Of a stretch of DNA of 64,000 nt, positions 21,173-29,933 are shown piece after piece. Position 1 is the stretch's first letter, and every line of letters starts with the position of its first letter. The stretch is from positions 256,001 to 320,000 of the forward strand of contig CAWBOS010000010.1 of assembly GCA_963790475.1 (NCBI GenBank), given 5' to 3'. The notes below the pieces were generated by a model. The model saw only the letters and a list, made by a program, of their open reading frames with translations, ran no database searches and had not been told where the DNA came from. The position numbers and the translations under genes are program-made. The stretch comes from an uncultured delta proteobacterium. GTDB taxonomy: Bacteria > Desulfobacterota > RBG-13-43-22.

Positions 21173-21312
21173 GGGGTAGATGACAAGACCTTTTAATTGA
21201 AAGTTTCTTTGAAGGGCAATTTAATCAGTAGCTTCCGAGGCAGCAAAGAGTTTGGAATTTTTGGTATATTTAAGAGTTAACCCTTGGAGTTACTATATCC
21301 ATTATTGTATCT

Positions 21313-24300
21313 ATGAAAATGACGCATTCAAAAATAACAAATATATTTCAGTATCTTAAAGATTATAACAATAAACGGAACCCCATCAAGCGGTCCATTA
21401 AGGATTATGAGTGGTATTTAAAAATTGAGGAACTTCCGGACCACCCACGAGTGAAAATTGGATCATTTATAGAAAATGAAGGCGAACTTATCAGTGATGA
21501 TTTTATTTTGAAGGTACAGAGACCAAACCTTACAAAACCACCAGTACCACCAAAAATTTTGGGCGACTGGCTGAAAAAAGGATGGGAGCGTGCAGATGGA
21601 AATGTTGAGGTAAACCAATCGAGAAATGCCCAGGATAAAAATGGTAAAACTATTATTATACAATTCAAAGATGATCAGGGCACGGTTGAAGCCTTCAAAA
21701 GATGGAAAAACGAGTGGAATGAATGGGCTCGAAGTGAGCGCCCCGCCCTTGCAGCTGCAAAGCTCTTCGAAAAGCTTTTTGCACTCTATGGGACGATTGA
21801 GCGTGAGGCAGAGAAGGTTGAAATCGTGCTTGGTGAGGGAATTATCTCCTTCGATAATCCAAACGGCTGTGTGCACCACCCCATACTTTTTCAGAAGCTT
21901 CAATTGGAGTTTGACCCAGAAACGCCGCTCTTCACTGTTAGGGAAACAGATCATCCTGTGGAACTTTATTCGTCGCTATTTCTTGAAATACCCGATGCAG
22001 ACGGAAACTTAATAGCACAATATAGGAAAAATCTTGAAGAGCTTCCGATACATCCGTTTGGTGGAACTACAACAACCGGTTTCCTCAAGCGTCTTGTTCA
22101 AAGTCTATCATCACAAGGTGAGTTCGTTGAAGTAGGAGAACCTGTAGGAACCGCTGACCATATCAGAATAGGCCGCGCCCCATACATTTTCATGCGCAAT
22201 AGGGCACTAGGCTTCGCGTCGGCAATTGATGCAATCCTTGCCGATCTTCAGGGGAGACAAGACTTTCCTTCGGCCCTGCTTAATATTGTAGGGGTTGAAG
22301 GGAACCCGACTAATAATACAGAGCAAACTGTAACACTTGAAGATCTTTCAGGGGGCGGAAATGAAGATACCGATATCCTGCTCAGCAAAGATGCCAATCC
22401 AGAGCAATTAGAGATTGCGCGAAGGCTTGATAAGCATGGCTGCGTGCTCGTCCAGGGTCCTCCTGGAACTGGTAAAACACATACAATCGCCAATCTTATT
22501 GGACATCTCCTGGCACAAGGAAAGCGTATCCTTGTAACGAGCCATACTACGAAGGCACTTCGCGTGTTGCGAGAGCATGTTGTTGAGGATCTGCGTCCAC
22601 TCTGTGTAAGCGTACTCGATCGTGACACCGACAGCAGGAACCAACTCAATAGCGCTATCAGGACGATAGATGAAAAATTTACTTCTCTCAACTTGCATAC
22701 AATCGAGCAGAAGACCCAGACTCTAAAGCAACAAAGAACCAAGATCGTTGAGGCTCTGAAAAAAGCCAGACATGAACTCAATCTGGCAATGGGAGATGAA
22801 TACCGCGACGTGGTTGTTGCGGGTTGTGCATATTCGCCTTCGCAGGCCGCACGTATCGTTGCTGATGGAATCGATAAAGATGATTGGATCCCTGGTCCTC
22901 TGCCGCCCGGCGAGCCCCTTCCTATCACGGTTGATGAGATCTCACGACTGTACAATTTAAACGAGATTATAGTGAAGGATGATGAAGAAGAGCTGCGAGA
23001 CAACAACCTTCCGGATGCATCGGAATTTTTATCGCCTGACGATTTCGAAAAACTGGTTTTTGAAAAGAAGGCACTTTCCTCTAAAGATTTACATCTGGGT
23101 GAGTCACTTTGGGTAGACAGTAATGCAATAACAGTTATCTGCCCATGCGGTGTCAGCAATAGGCTGAGAGAAAAATGGCTGGGCGTTGCTTCCCGATGCA
23201 AAGACTGCAAACAAGAACTGACCGTCGAAACAGGACGAGGTTACGCCTATAAGTCTCTCGGGATTGATTCGCTAAACGATCTTTTACGGCAAGTCCAGTC
23301 CTGTGTTGAACCTTTATGCACACAAAATATTTCTGAGTGGTCATTGATGATTGTGCAGGGTGGAATGCGCGGTTTAGAAATTATACAAACTTGGAACACT
23401 CTCCTAAAACTTATTGACGAGACGAAAAAAACAGCAGCATCGACATCTGCATGGCTCATAAAGTATGTCCCTGAGATTATCTTTGAAGGTGATCCTGATG
23501 AAATACTGATAGTTCTTGATAAAATTGAACGACATATTGCACATTGCAAGTCACTTTCTCGTATTACCTTATTTCGACACAAAGACTGGAAGAACCTAAT
23601 AGATAGATGCAGGATAAACGGCCACCTACCGAAAACTGCCGAACATTTTCAGGCATTGATCGCGTATGCAAAACTTGTCAGTCTGCGTAGGTCACTGATT
23701 GATCGCTGGACACGCATGATTACCGCTCATGGAGGCCCTGCTATAGATCAAGGCATCCTAACGCCCGAAATGATTTGCGCTCAGTATGTCGATTCAATTT
23801 CAGTTTGGCTCAATTGGCATCAAAAGCAATGGACTCCATTGGAAACAGAATTATCAACTGCGGGACTGAAGATGCAGGATCTTTTTAACCAGCAACCGCC
23901 TGTCCTATCGGAGAATGGTGAAATTATTCGTCTGACCAATGCGATCAATAATCTACCTGCAATAGTTGAAATGAGGGCAAAGAGGTTGCGGTTGGCATCA
24001 ATTAAACGGCAGCTCAGACGGCTATATGAAGCCATTCTTGCAAAATCCGAGAAAATATCCTCTTCTGTTTTGAATGCCCTGAAAAAGGCTATTGATCAGG
24101 AAAATTGTTCTGCCTATCGACAGGCAATTGCTCGTTTATATGAACTCCTCTCAAAACGTGAGCAATATATAGAAAGATACGAATTATTAGAGCGTTTGAA
24201 TCAGAGCGCCCCCCAATGGGCATCGTTGATTCGTGATCGCGTTTCTCCCCACGACAGGCGGGATATGCCCGGCGATGCCCAGAAAGCGTGGCTCTGGCGC

Positions 24301-26283
24301 CAATTCGAAGAAGAACTTGACCGCCGCGCATCAAAGTCCATTCCGGACTTGCAGAAGAAAATTGAAGACCTTAAAAGTGAGCTTAGCCGAATTACCACAG
24401 TATTAATATTTCACTTAGCCTGGGGGCGACAACTCAGTCGATTAAGTGGCCAGATAGAATTTAGGCAAGCACTGAGAGCGTGGATGTTTGTAATAAACAA
24501 GATCGGTGCTGCAACGGGAAAGAAGGTCCCCATTTTATCCCGCGAAGCCAAGAAACTCATGGTTAAATCCCAGGATGCCGTTCCTGTATGGATTATGCCG
24601 CTATCGCGAGTGGTTGAAAACTTTGATCCGACAAAAGCGCATTTTGATGTGGTTATCATTGATGAGGCAAGTCAAACTGACCCCTTGGGCCTGACGGCAT
24701 TCTATATGGCCGATAAGGTTGTGGTGGTTGGTGACCATGAACAGGTCAGCCCGGATGCGGTTGGTGTCAGCGATGAAATTGCCTTGGGACTCATCGACCT
24801 GCACTTATCAAGGTTCGACAATAAAATGCTCTTTTTGCCGACAAGTTCCGTGTATGAACTGGCACGGGCCAGCTTTGGGGCAACTGTACAACTCAATGAA
24901 CATTTCCGCTGTGTTCCTAATATTATCCAGTTCAGCAACCATCTTTCCTATGATGGCAGTATTAAGCCCCTGCGAGATGCATCAGCCTCTGCCCTATTGC
25001 CGCATACTGTCGCATACTGTGTTGATGGTGCGACGTCTGATAATAAAGTAAACGATTTGGAGGCCGTGACCACGGCATCCCTGATGGTGGCGGCGATGGA
25101 ACAACCGGAATATAATGGCAAGGAATTCGGTCTCATCTCACTCGTCGGTGAAGATCAGGCTCTTCGTATTGAAAAAATTCTCAGGGAACATCTTCCACCT
25201 TCAGAAATCGAGTCCCGTCGGCTTGTATGTGGAAATCCACCGCAATTCCAAGGTGATGAACGGCATGTCATGTTTCTCTCTATGGTTGACGCACCAGGCG
25301 ATGGCGGACCCTTAGCAAGAAGGGATGCCGGTCCGAACGCCATGTGGAAGAAACGTTACAATGTCGCTGCCAGCCGGGCAAAAGACCAGATGTGGTTAGT
25401 CTATTCTCTCAACCCGTCGATTGACCTCAAGACGGGAGATATCAGAAGACGCCTTATCGAGCATGCACTCAACCCGATGGCCCTCACAAATATGCTTCAA
25501 CAAGGTGCAGCAAAGACCGAATCCGAATTTGAACGACGGGTACTTGAACGGCTGCTGAAAGAGGGATTCAAAGTTACCCCTCAATGGTGGGTAGGATCAT
25601 ACAGGATTGATCTTGTAATATCAGGAAATGGAAAGGATTTGGCGGTAGAGTGTGATGGCGATAGATTCCATACGCCAGAAAATCTGGTCGAGGATATGAC
25701 CCGCCAGGCAATCCTCGAAAGGCTCAAATGGACATTTGTGCGGATAAGGGGCAGCGAATTTTTCAGAAAGCCTGACAAGGCCATGTTGCCAGTCTTTGCA
25801 AAGCTCAAAGACATGGGAATTGAACCCATAGGTACAGCAAAAACGATTGATGACATTCCTCAATATGAGCTCAAAGATCGAGTTATTTCAAGAGCCAGCC
25901 AAATCAGAAATGAATGGGCAGATGGCACATATGATTTCCGCAAAGCAGAACCCAAATCTATCCATATTACACAAGAAGAGCTTCCACGCGATGCTCACGT
26001 AAAAGAAGCCGCGTCAGCCAGGTATGCCGAGACGGGTACGCTCATGGATCATCCGGTCGATGTCAGCATGCATCTGAATACCGGAAAATGGTTCCTGTGC
26101 ATTGGCGGCTCTGCTGATGGCGCAAGGCTGACGGTCATTACGCCCGAAGGGCGATTATTAAACATGAATGTTGACTTATTTGACGAACCAATTGAGAAGG
26201 GAATCAACTATCTAATGGTGAATGACATCATCACAAAAGCCCAGCTTTCGGCATATTTTGAATACATGAGCCGACAATCGTGA
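21313..26283 (+). CDS. large SF1B (Upf1/DNA2-like, AAA_11/AAA_12) helicase with C-terminal Vsr-like/MTES_1575-type nuclease
   Basis: VQGPPGTGKT, VIIDEASQ, VGDHEQ, EHFRC, FQGDER, NVAASRA; nuclease ESEFE..YRIDLV..AVECDGDRFH..RQAILERLKW. Confidence 0.85.
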   Translation: MKMTHSKITNIFQYLKDYNNKRNPIKRSIKDYEWYLKIEELPDHPRVKIGSFIENEGELISDDFILKVQRPNLTKPPVPPKILGDWLKKGWERADGNVEVNQSRNAQDKNGKTIIIQFKDDQGTVEAFKRWKNEWNEWARSERPALAAAKLFEKLFALYGTIEREAEKVEIVLGEGIISFDNPNGCVHHPILFQKLQLEFDPETPLFTVRETDHPVELYSSLFLEIPDADGNLIAQYRKNLEELPIHPFGGTTTTGFLKRLVQSLSSQGEFVEVGEPVGTADHIRIGRAPYIFMRNRALGFASAIDAILADLQGRQDFPSALLNIVGVEGNPTNNTEQTVTLEDLSGGGNEDTDILLSKDANPEQLEIARRLDKHGCVLVQGPPGTGKTHTIANLIGHLLAQGKRILVTSHTTKALRVLREHVVEDLRPLCVSVLDRDTDSRNQLNSAIRTIDEKFTSLNLHTIEQKTQTLKQQRTKIVEALKKARHELNLAMGDEYRDVVVAGCAYSPSQAARIVADGIDKDDWIPGPLPPGEPLPITVDEISRLYNLNEIIVKDDEEELRDNNLPDASEFLSPDDFEKLVFEKKALSSKDLHLGESLWVDSNAITVICPCGVSNRLREKWLGVASRCKDCKQELTVETGRGYAYKSLGIDSLNDLLRQVQSCVEPLCTQNISEWSLMIVQGGMRGLEIIQTWNTLLKLIDETKKTAASTSAWLIKYVPEIIFEGDPDEILIVLDKIERHIAHCKSLSRITLFRHKDWKNLIDRCRINGHLPKTAEHFQALIAYAKLVSLRRSLIDRWTRMITAHGGPAIDQGILTPEMICAQYVDSISVWLNWHQKQWTPLETELSTAGLKMQDLFNQQPPVLSENGEIIRLTNAINNLPAIVEMRAKRLRLASIKRQLRRLYEAILAKSEKISSSVLNALKKAIDQENCSAYRQAIARLYELLSKREQYIERYELLERLNQSAPQWASLIRDRVSPHDRRDMPGDAQKAWLWRQFEEELDRRASKSIPDLQKKIEDLKSELSRITTVLIFHLAWGRQLSRLSGQIEFRQALRAWMFVINKIGAATGKKVPILSREAKKLMVKSQDAVPVWIMPLSRVVENFDPTKAHFDVVIIDEASQTDPLGLTAFYMADKVVVVGDHEQVSPDAVGVSDEIALGLIDLHLSRFDNKMLFLPTSSVYELARASFGATVQLNEHFRCVPNIIQFSNHLSYDGSIKPLRDASASALLPHTVAYCVDGATSDNKVNDLEAVTTASLMVAAMEQPEYNGKEFGLISLVGEDQALRIEKILREHLPPSEIESRRLVCGNPPQFQGDERHVMFLSMVDAPGDGGPLARRDAGPNAMWKKRYNVAASRAKDQMWLVYSLNPSIDLKTGDIRRRLIEHALNPMALTNMLQQGAAKTESEFERRVLERLLKEGFKVTPQWWVGSYRIDLVISGNGKDLAVECDGDRFHTPENLVEDMTRQAILERLKWTFVRIRGSEFFRKPDKAMLPVFAKLKDMGIEPIGTAKTIDDIPQYELKDRVISRASQIRNEWADGTYDFRKAEPKSIHITQEELPRDAHVKEAASARYAETGTLMDHPVDVSMHLNTGKWFLCIGGSADGARLTVITPEGRLLNMNVDLFDEPIEKGINYLMVNDIITKAQLSAYFEYMSRQS

Positions 26284-26302
26284 TGAACAAGGGGGGGAAC
26301 AT

Positions 26303-28735
26303 ATGTCTACAGAGCTGACGATACAAAGCCTTTTGCCGGCGATCAAAAAGAAAGAGGTCATACCAAGTACAGCAAGGACCTTTATCGGTATAGATTTTGG
26401 TACATCAACATCTGTTGTCAGTATGGCCATGCTCGATCCCGTAAAGACCATAGACATAAAAACAATTTGGATTGATCAGCTGGATTCAGATGGTATCGGC
26501 AAAATATCATCAGAAAAGGTTCCGACTGTAGTCGCCTGGCATAGGGATCGGCTGTTGATAGGCAAAGGGGCTGCCGACCTGAAATATAAAAATAAAAAGG
26601 GGGTGGATGTTTGGTATTCGTTCAAGATGGAACTGGGTGAAGATCTTGGACCGAAATACTATAATAGTAAAGTACCGACAATACGTCGTCCGGCTGATGC
26701 CGCTAAGGTCTTTTTCCAATATCTTAAGGATGAAATTGAGCGATTTGTCAAATCCAATAAAATGCCGCAGGCAATAGAATATGCTGTCAGCATTCCTGCT
26801 TCTTTTGAGGCCAACCAGCGGAGGGATCTAATTGGGGCGCTTGAGGCCGTTGGCATTAATATAGGCAGCCAATCTCTTATTGATGAACCAAACGCGGCAT
26901 TCCTTGGATATGTAGTCGAAACAAACACCGATAGAACCGTGGAAAAACTTTTTGTGCCGCCCGATTATCCTTTGCATATTCTAGTATTCGATTTTGGCGC
27001 CGGGACTTGCGATATATCCATCCTTGAAGTGGGACACGATATTAATGGACTCTATTCTAAGAATCTCTCCATATCGCGATTTGAAAAGCTTGGGGGTGAT
27101 GATATCGATCGCCTTATTGCCCGCCAGATTCTTTTCAAGCAGTTGCTCATTGATAATAATGTCAAAGAGAGTGATTTCAAAACACCCGATATTAACAAAG
27201 GCATTATCCCCAAACTGATGAAACCGGCAGAGGAGCTGAAAATACAAATCTGCAAAGCCGTTGCTCTTCAATACTCATTGGGTGAAAAACTCCCAGACCT
27301 TGCGCAGACTGATGCGAGAATATCTATTGGTGTTAACGACAAGATAACTCTTCCAAGGCAGCAATTATTCATGAATCAACTGTCCCTGACTTATGCCCAA
27401 TTCAAGGGGATCATGGAAATCTTTCTTGCAACGAAGAAAAAAAAGACCCCATCATATGAGGGACAGGATGAATTTGTTTCCATCTTCAATCCGATTGAGT
27501 CTGCCCTTAAGAAAGCAAATCCAAATAAAGATATAAAAGATATAAAAGATAAAATAAACTACGTCTTGTTGATTGGTGGCAGTTCAAAAAATCCCTATGT
27601 TCAGAATGCACTGAGCAATTATTTCCCCGATTCTGAAATATTATTGCCGCACGACCCCCAAACTCATGTTTCTGCCGGCTCGGCGATCCATTCAGTTATT
27701 TATAAAGGCTTTGGCAAGAACATCATCCAACCCATTACCAGTGAACCAATTATGGTAGTGACCAAGGGCGACTTGCTCCAAACGCTTGTCCGCGCCGGTA
27801 CAGAAATTCCGTCGGATGTCTTCGAGATTGACGACCTTTTGACACAAAGTGATGGCCAAAAAAAGATCGAAATCCCCATTTGTGTCTCCTCCAAAGAAAA
27901 AATATTACATGTCGCAACTATTGAGAGTCATGATCGAAAGGGATTCAAGGCAGGTATTCCAATCAAAATAAAATGTCAGATTACGGCTGATAAACTTCTC
28001 CTGATCGAGGCAATTATTGAAGATCAATCCTATCTGGTCGAGCCGCTCAATCCCCTTGCCAACAAACCGCTCGATTACTTCGAGCGGCGAATATATGAAG
28101 CTGAAAAACAATCTTATATCGATGCGGAAAGAAATGTTGGCACGCCAGGGAAAAAATCACTGATGCAACTCGCCCAGGCCTATGCTAAGGCTAGAAAGCA
28201 TCTACAGGCCGCCGAGACATTAGAAACCTGTAATGATCTCCATCCTGGTTCCGTGGAAACAGATTCAATCGCATTTAACTATTCTCGGTCAGGAAATCGG
28301 GAAAAGGCTCTTGACTATTACGAGAAAGCTTATAAAGAAAATCGATCCGCCCATACCGCATTCAACCTCGCTGTTACGATTGGCTGGAACGATCAAGAGC
28401 GCTATAAGGAACTCATGGAAAATGCCCTGAGACTAGATCCTCGCTATCCTTACTCTCTGTACTGTTACGGTGAGTTTTTGATGCATCAGCTTAAAGAGGA
28501 AAAAAGAGGACGTGACTTGGTCAAGAAGGCCATTGATATTTTTAAGGGATGGTTTGAAAATGGTAACCTGGATGACGATGATTATCCACGGCTAATCAAA
28601 TGCGCCAATCTCCTCGATGATAAGGTAACTGCACAAAAAGTGAAAGATAAGATGCCGAAAGATGACAACAAGCCTTATGTAGACGAAAACCTCCTGCAGG
28701 ACAAAGATGCAACAGCATTGACAAGGAGGAGATAG
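26303..28735 (+). CDS. Hsp70-family ATPase with C-terminal TPR-like helical repeats
   Basis: GIDFGT, IPASF, DEPNAA, VFDFGAGTCD, LGGDDID, LIGGSSKNP; C-terminal ALDYYEKAY, ENALRLDP, YCYGEFL TPR-like segments. Confidence 0.88.
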   Translation: MSTELTIQSLLPAIKKKEVIPSTARTFIGIDFGTSTSVVSMAMLDPVKTIDIKTIWIDQLDSDGIGKISSEKVPTVVAWHRDRLLIGKGAADLKYKNKKGVDVWYSFKMELGEDLGPKYYNSKVPTIRRPADAAKVFFQYLKDEIERFVKSNKMPQAIEYAVSIPASFEANQRRDLIGALEAVGINIGSQSLIDEPNAAFLGYVVETNTDRTVEKLFVPPDYPLHILVFDFGAGTCDISILEVGHDINGLYSKNLSISRFEKLGGDDIDRLIARQILFKQLLIDNNVKESDFKTPDINKGIIPKLMKPAEELKIQICKAVALQYSLGEKLPDLAQTDARISIGVNDKITLPRQQLFMNQLSLTYAQFKGIMEIFLATKKKKTPSYEGQDEFVSIFNPIESALKKANPNKDIKDIKDKINYVLLIGGSSKNPYVQNALSNYFPDSEILLPHDPQTHVSAGSAIHSVIYKGFGKNIIQPITSEPIMVVTKGDLLQTLVRAGTEIPSDVFEIDDLLTQSDGQKKIEIPICVSSKEKILHVATIESHDRKGFKAGIPIKIKCQITADKLLLIEAIIEDQSYLVEPLNPLANKPLDYFERRIYEAEKQSYIDAERNVGTPGKKSLMQLAQAYAKARKHLQAAETLETCNDLHPGSVETDSIAFNYSRSGNREKALDYYEKAYKENRSAHTAFNLAVTIGWNDQERYKELMENALRLDPRYPYSLYCYGEFLMHQLKEEKRGRDLVKKAIDIFKGWFENGNLDDDDYPRLIKCANLLDDKVTAQKVKDKMPKDDNKPYVDENLLQDKDATALTRRR

Positions 28736-28739
28736 TCAT

Positions 28740-29924
28740 ATGCCGTGGACATGGATGGTGCCTGAAAGAGATCTTTCTTCTGAACAAACTGATTTTCTGA
28801 ATGTCAACTTGCAGCGTTCTGGTAATATCTGGCTTCAAGGACACGCTGGCAGTGGTAAATCTATTCTTTTAGTCCATAGTGTTAAAAACTCTCTTGTTTC
28901 TAACAAAAACCTGAAGGTAGCTGTTGTAGTCTTTACCCACGCGTTGATCGACCTTTTAAGGACCGGCCTCAGGGAATTAGGTGTTGACAGTATCAATATT
29001 CCCATCATGACTTATTTTGAGTTCAAGGATAATAAGGAACGTTATGATGTAATTTTTGTTGATGAGGTTCAGGATCTGCCAAAAGACATTCTTGCGAGAA
29101 TGAAAAACCGTGCAGGGCGTATCATTGCAGCCGGTGATCAGATGCAATCAATATATCCCAATCGTGTATCTCCAGAGGAGATAAAAAGAATACTTTCTTG
29201 TCCTGGTTATCCTCTTAACGATATTTATCGACTGACAAAATCTATTGTAACGATCGTAGTCGCAATTCTAGGTAATATTGGTAATATCCTCAATGCAAAA
29301 ATCAATATGCAGAAAAAAGACCATGACATCTTAGTCGGAAATGCGTCTAACAAAATATCTGAGACTAACTATGTTTGGAAAAGGTCGAAAGCTTTTGCTG
29401 CAAATGGTTATCCAACCGTTGTTCTCCTGCCAAAACATAATGATATATTGGATTTTTTCGATCTTGTGTGCCAATTTGAGAATGCAAACGAATGGAAGCG
29501 GAGATACATAAGAAAAGGGAGAGGTAGCTTGCCGGATTACGAATCTCTCAACGAACATCTCAATGACCAGGATATTTTATTTGAGTATGTAGGGAACAGC
29601 TTTGGCTCACTGGAAAATGCAGGTAACAATAACAAAGTAATACTTATGACCGATCACAGTGCAAAAGGTCTTGACTTCGAGAATGTATTTATTCCGTGGC
29701 TCACGCATCAGTTCCAACTTGTCGGACAAACGGATATATTGAAAGAGGCCGTTTTCTATGTGGCGTTGACGAGGAGTAAAAACAACCTGGTCCTTACATA
29801 CCATGGCGATAAATACCATCCTTATTTAAATAAATTCATTAATAAAGGTTGCGTTACCTGTTTCGATATAGATAAAGAACTGCTGGCTGAAGATGAGGAT
29901 AATCCAACTAATCCAGAGTGGTAG
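28740..29924 (+). CDS. compact UvrD/Rep-like SF1A helicase
   Basis: GHAGSGKS, VDEVQD, GDQMQSIY, YRLT, HSAKGLDF, YVALTRSK in only 394 aa. Confidence 0.85.
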   Translation: MPWTWMVPERDLSSEQTDFLNVNLQRSGNIWLQGHAGSGKSILLVHSVKNSLVSNKNLKVAVVVFTHALIDLLRTGLRELGVDSINIPIMTYFEFKDNKERYDVIFVDEVQDLPKDILARMKNRAGRIIAAGDQMQSIYPNRVSPEEIKRILSCPGYPLNDIYRLTKSIVTIVVAILGNIGNILNAKINMQKKDHDILVGNASNKISETNYVWKRSKAFAANGYPTVVLLPKHNDILDFFDLVCQFENANEWKRRYIRKGRGSLPDYESLNEHLNDQDILFEYVGNSFGSLENAGNNNKVILMTDHSAKGLDFENVFIPWLTHQFQLVGQTDILKEAVFYVALTRSKNNLVLTYHGDKYHPYLNKFINKGCVTCFDIDKELLAEDEDNPTNPEW

Positions 29925-29933
29925 GAGGGCGTA

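Noticed and set aside
27525-27557. 9-bp repeat encoding KDIKDIKDKI in the Hsp70 gene
   Set aside because: Short in-frame slippage in a probable loop; no evidence of function
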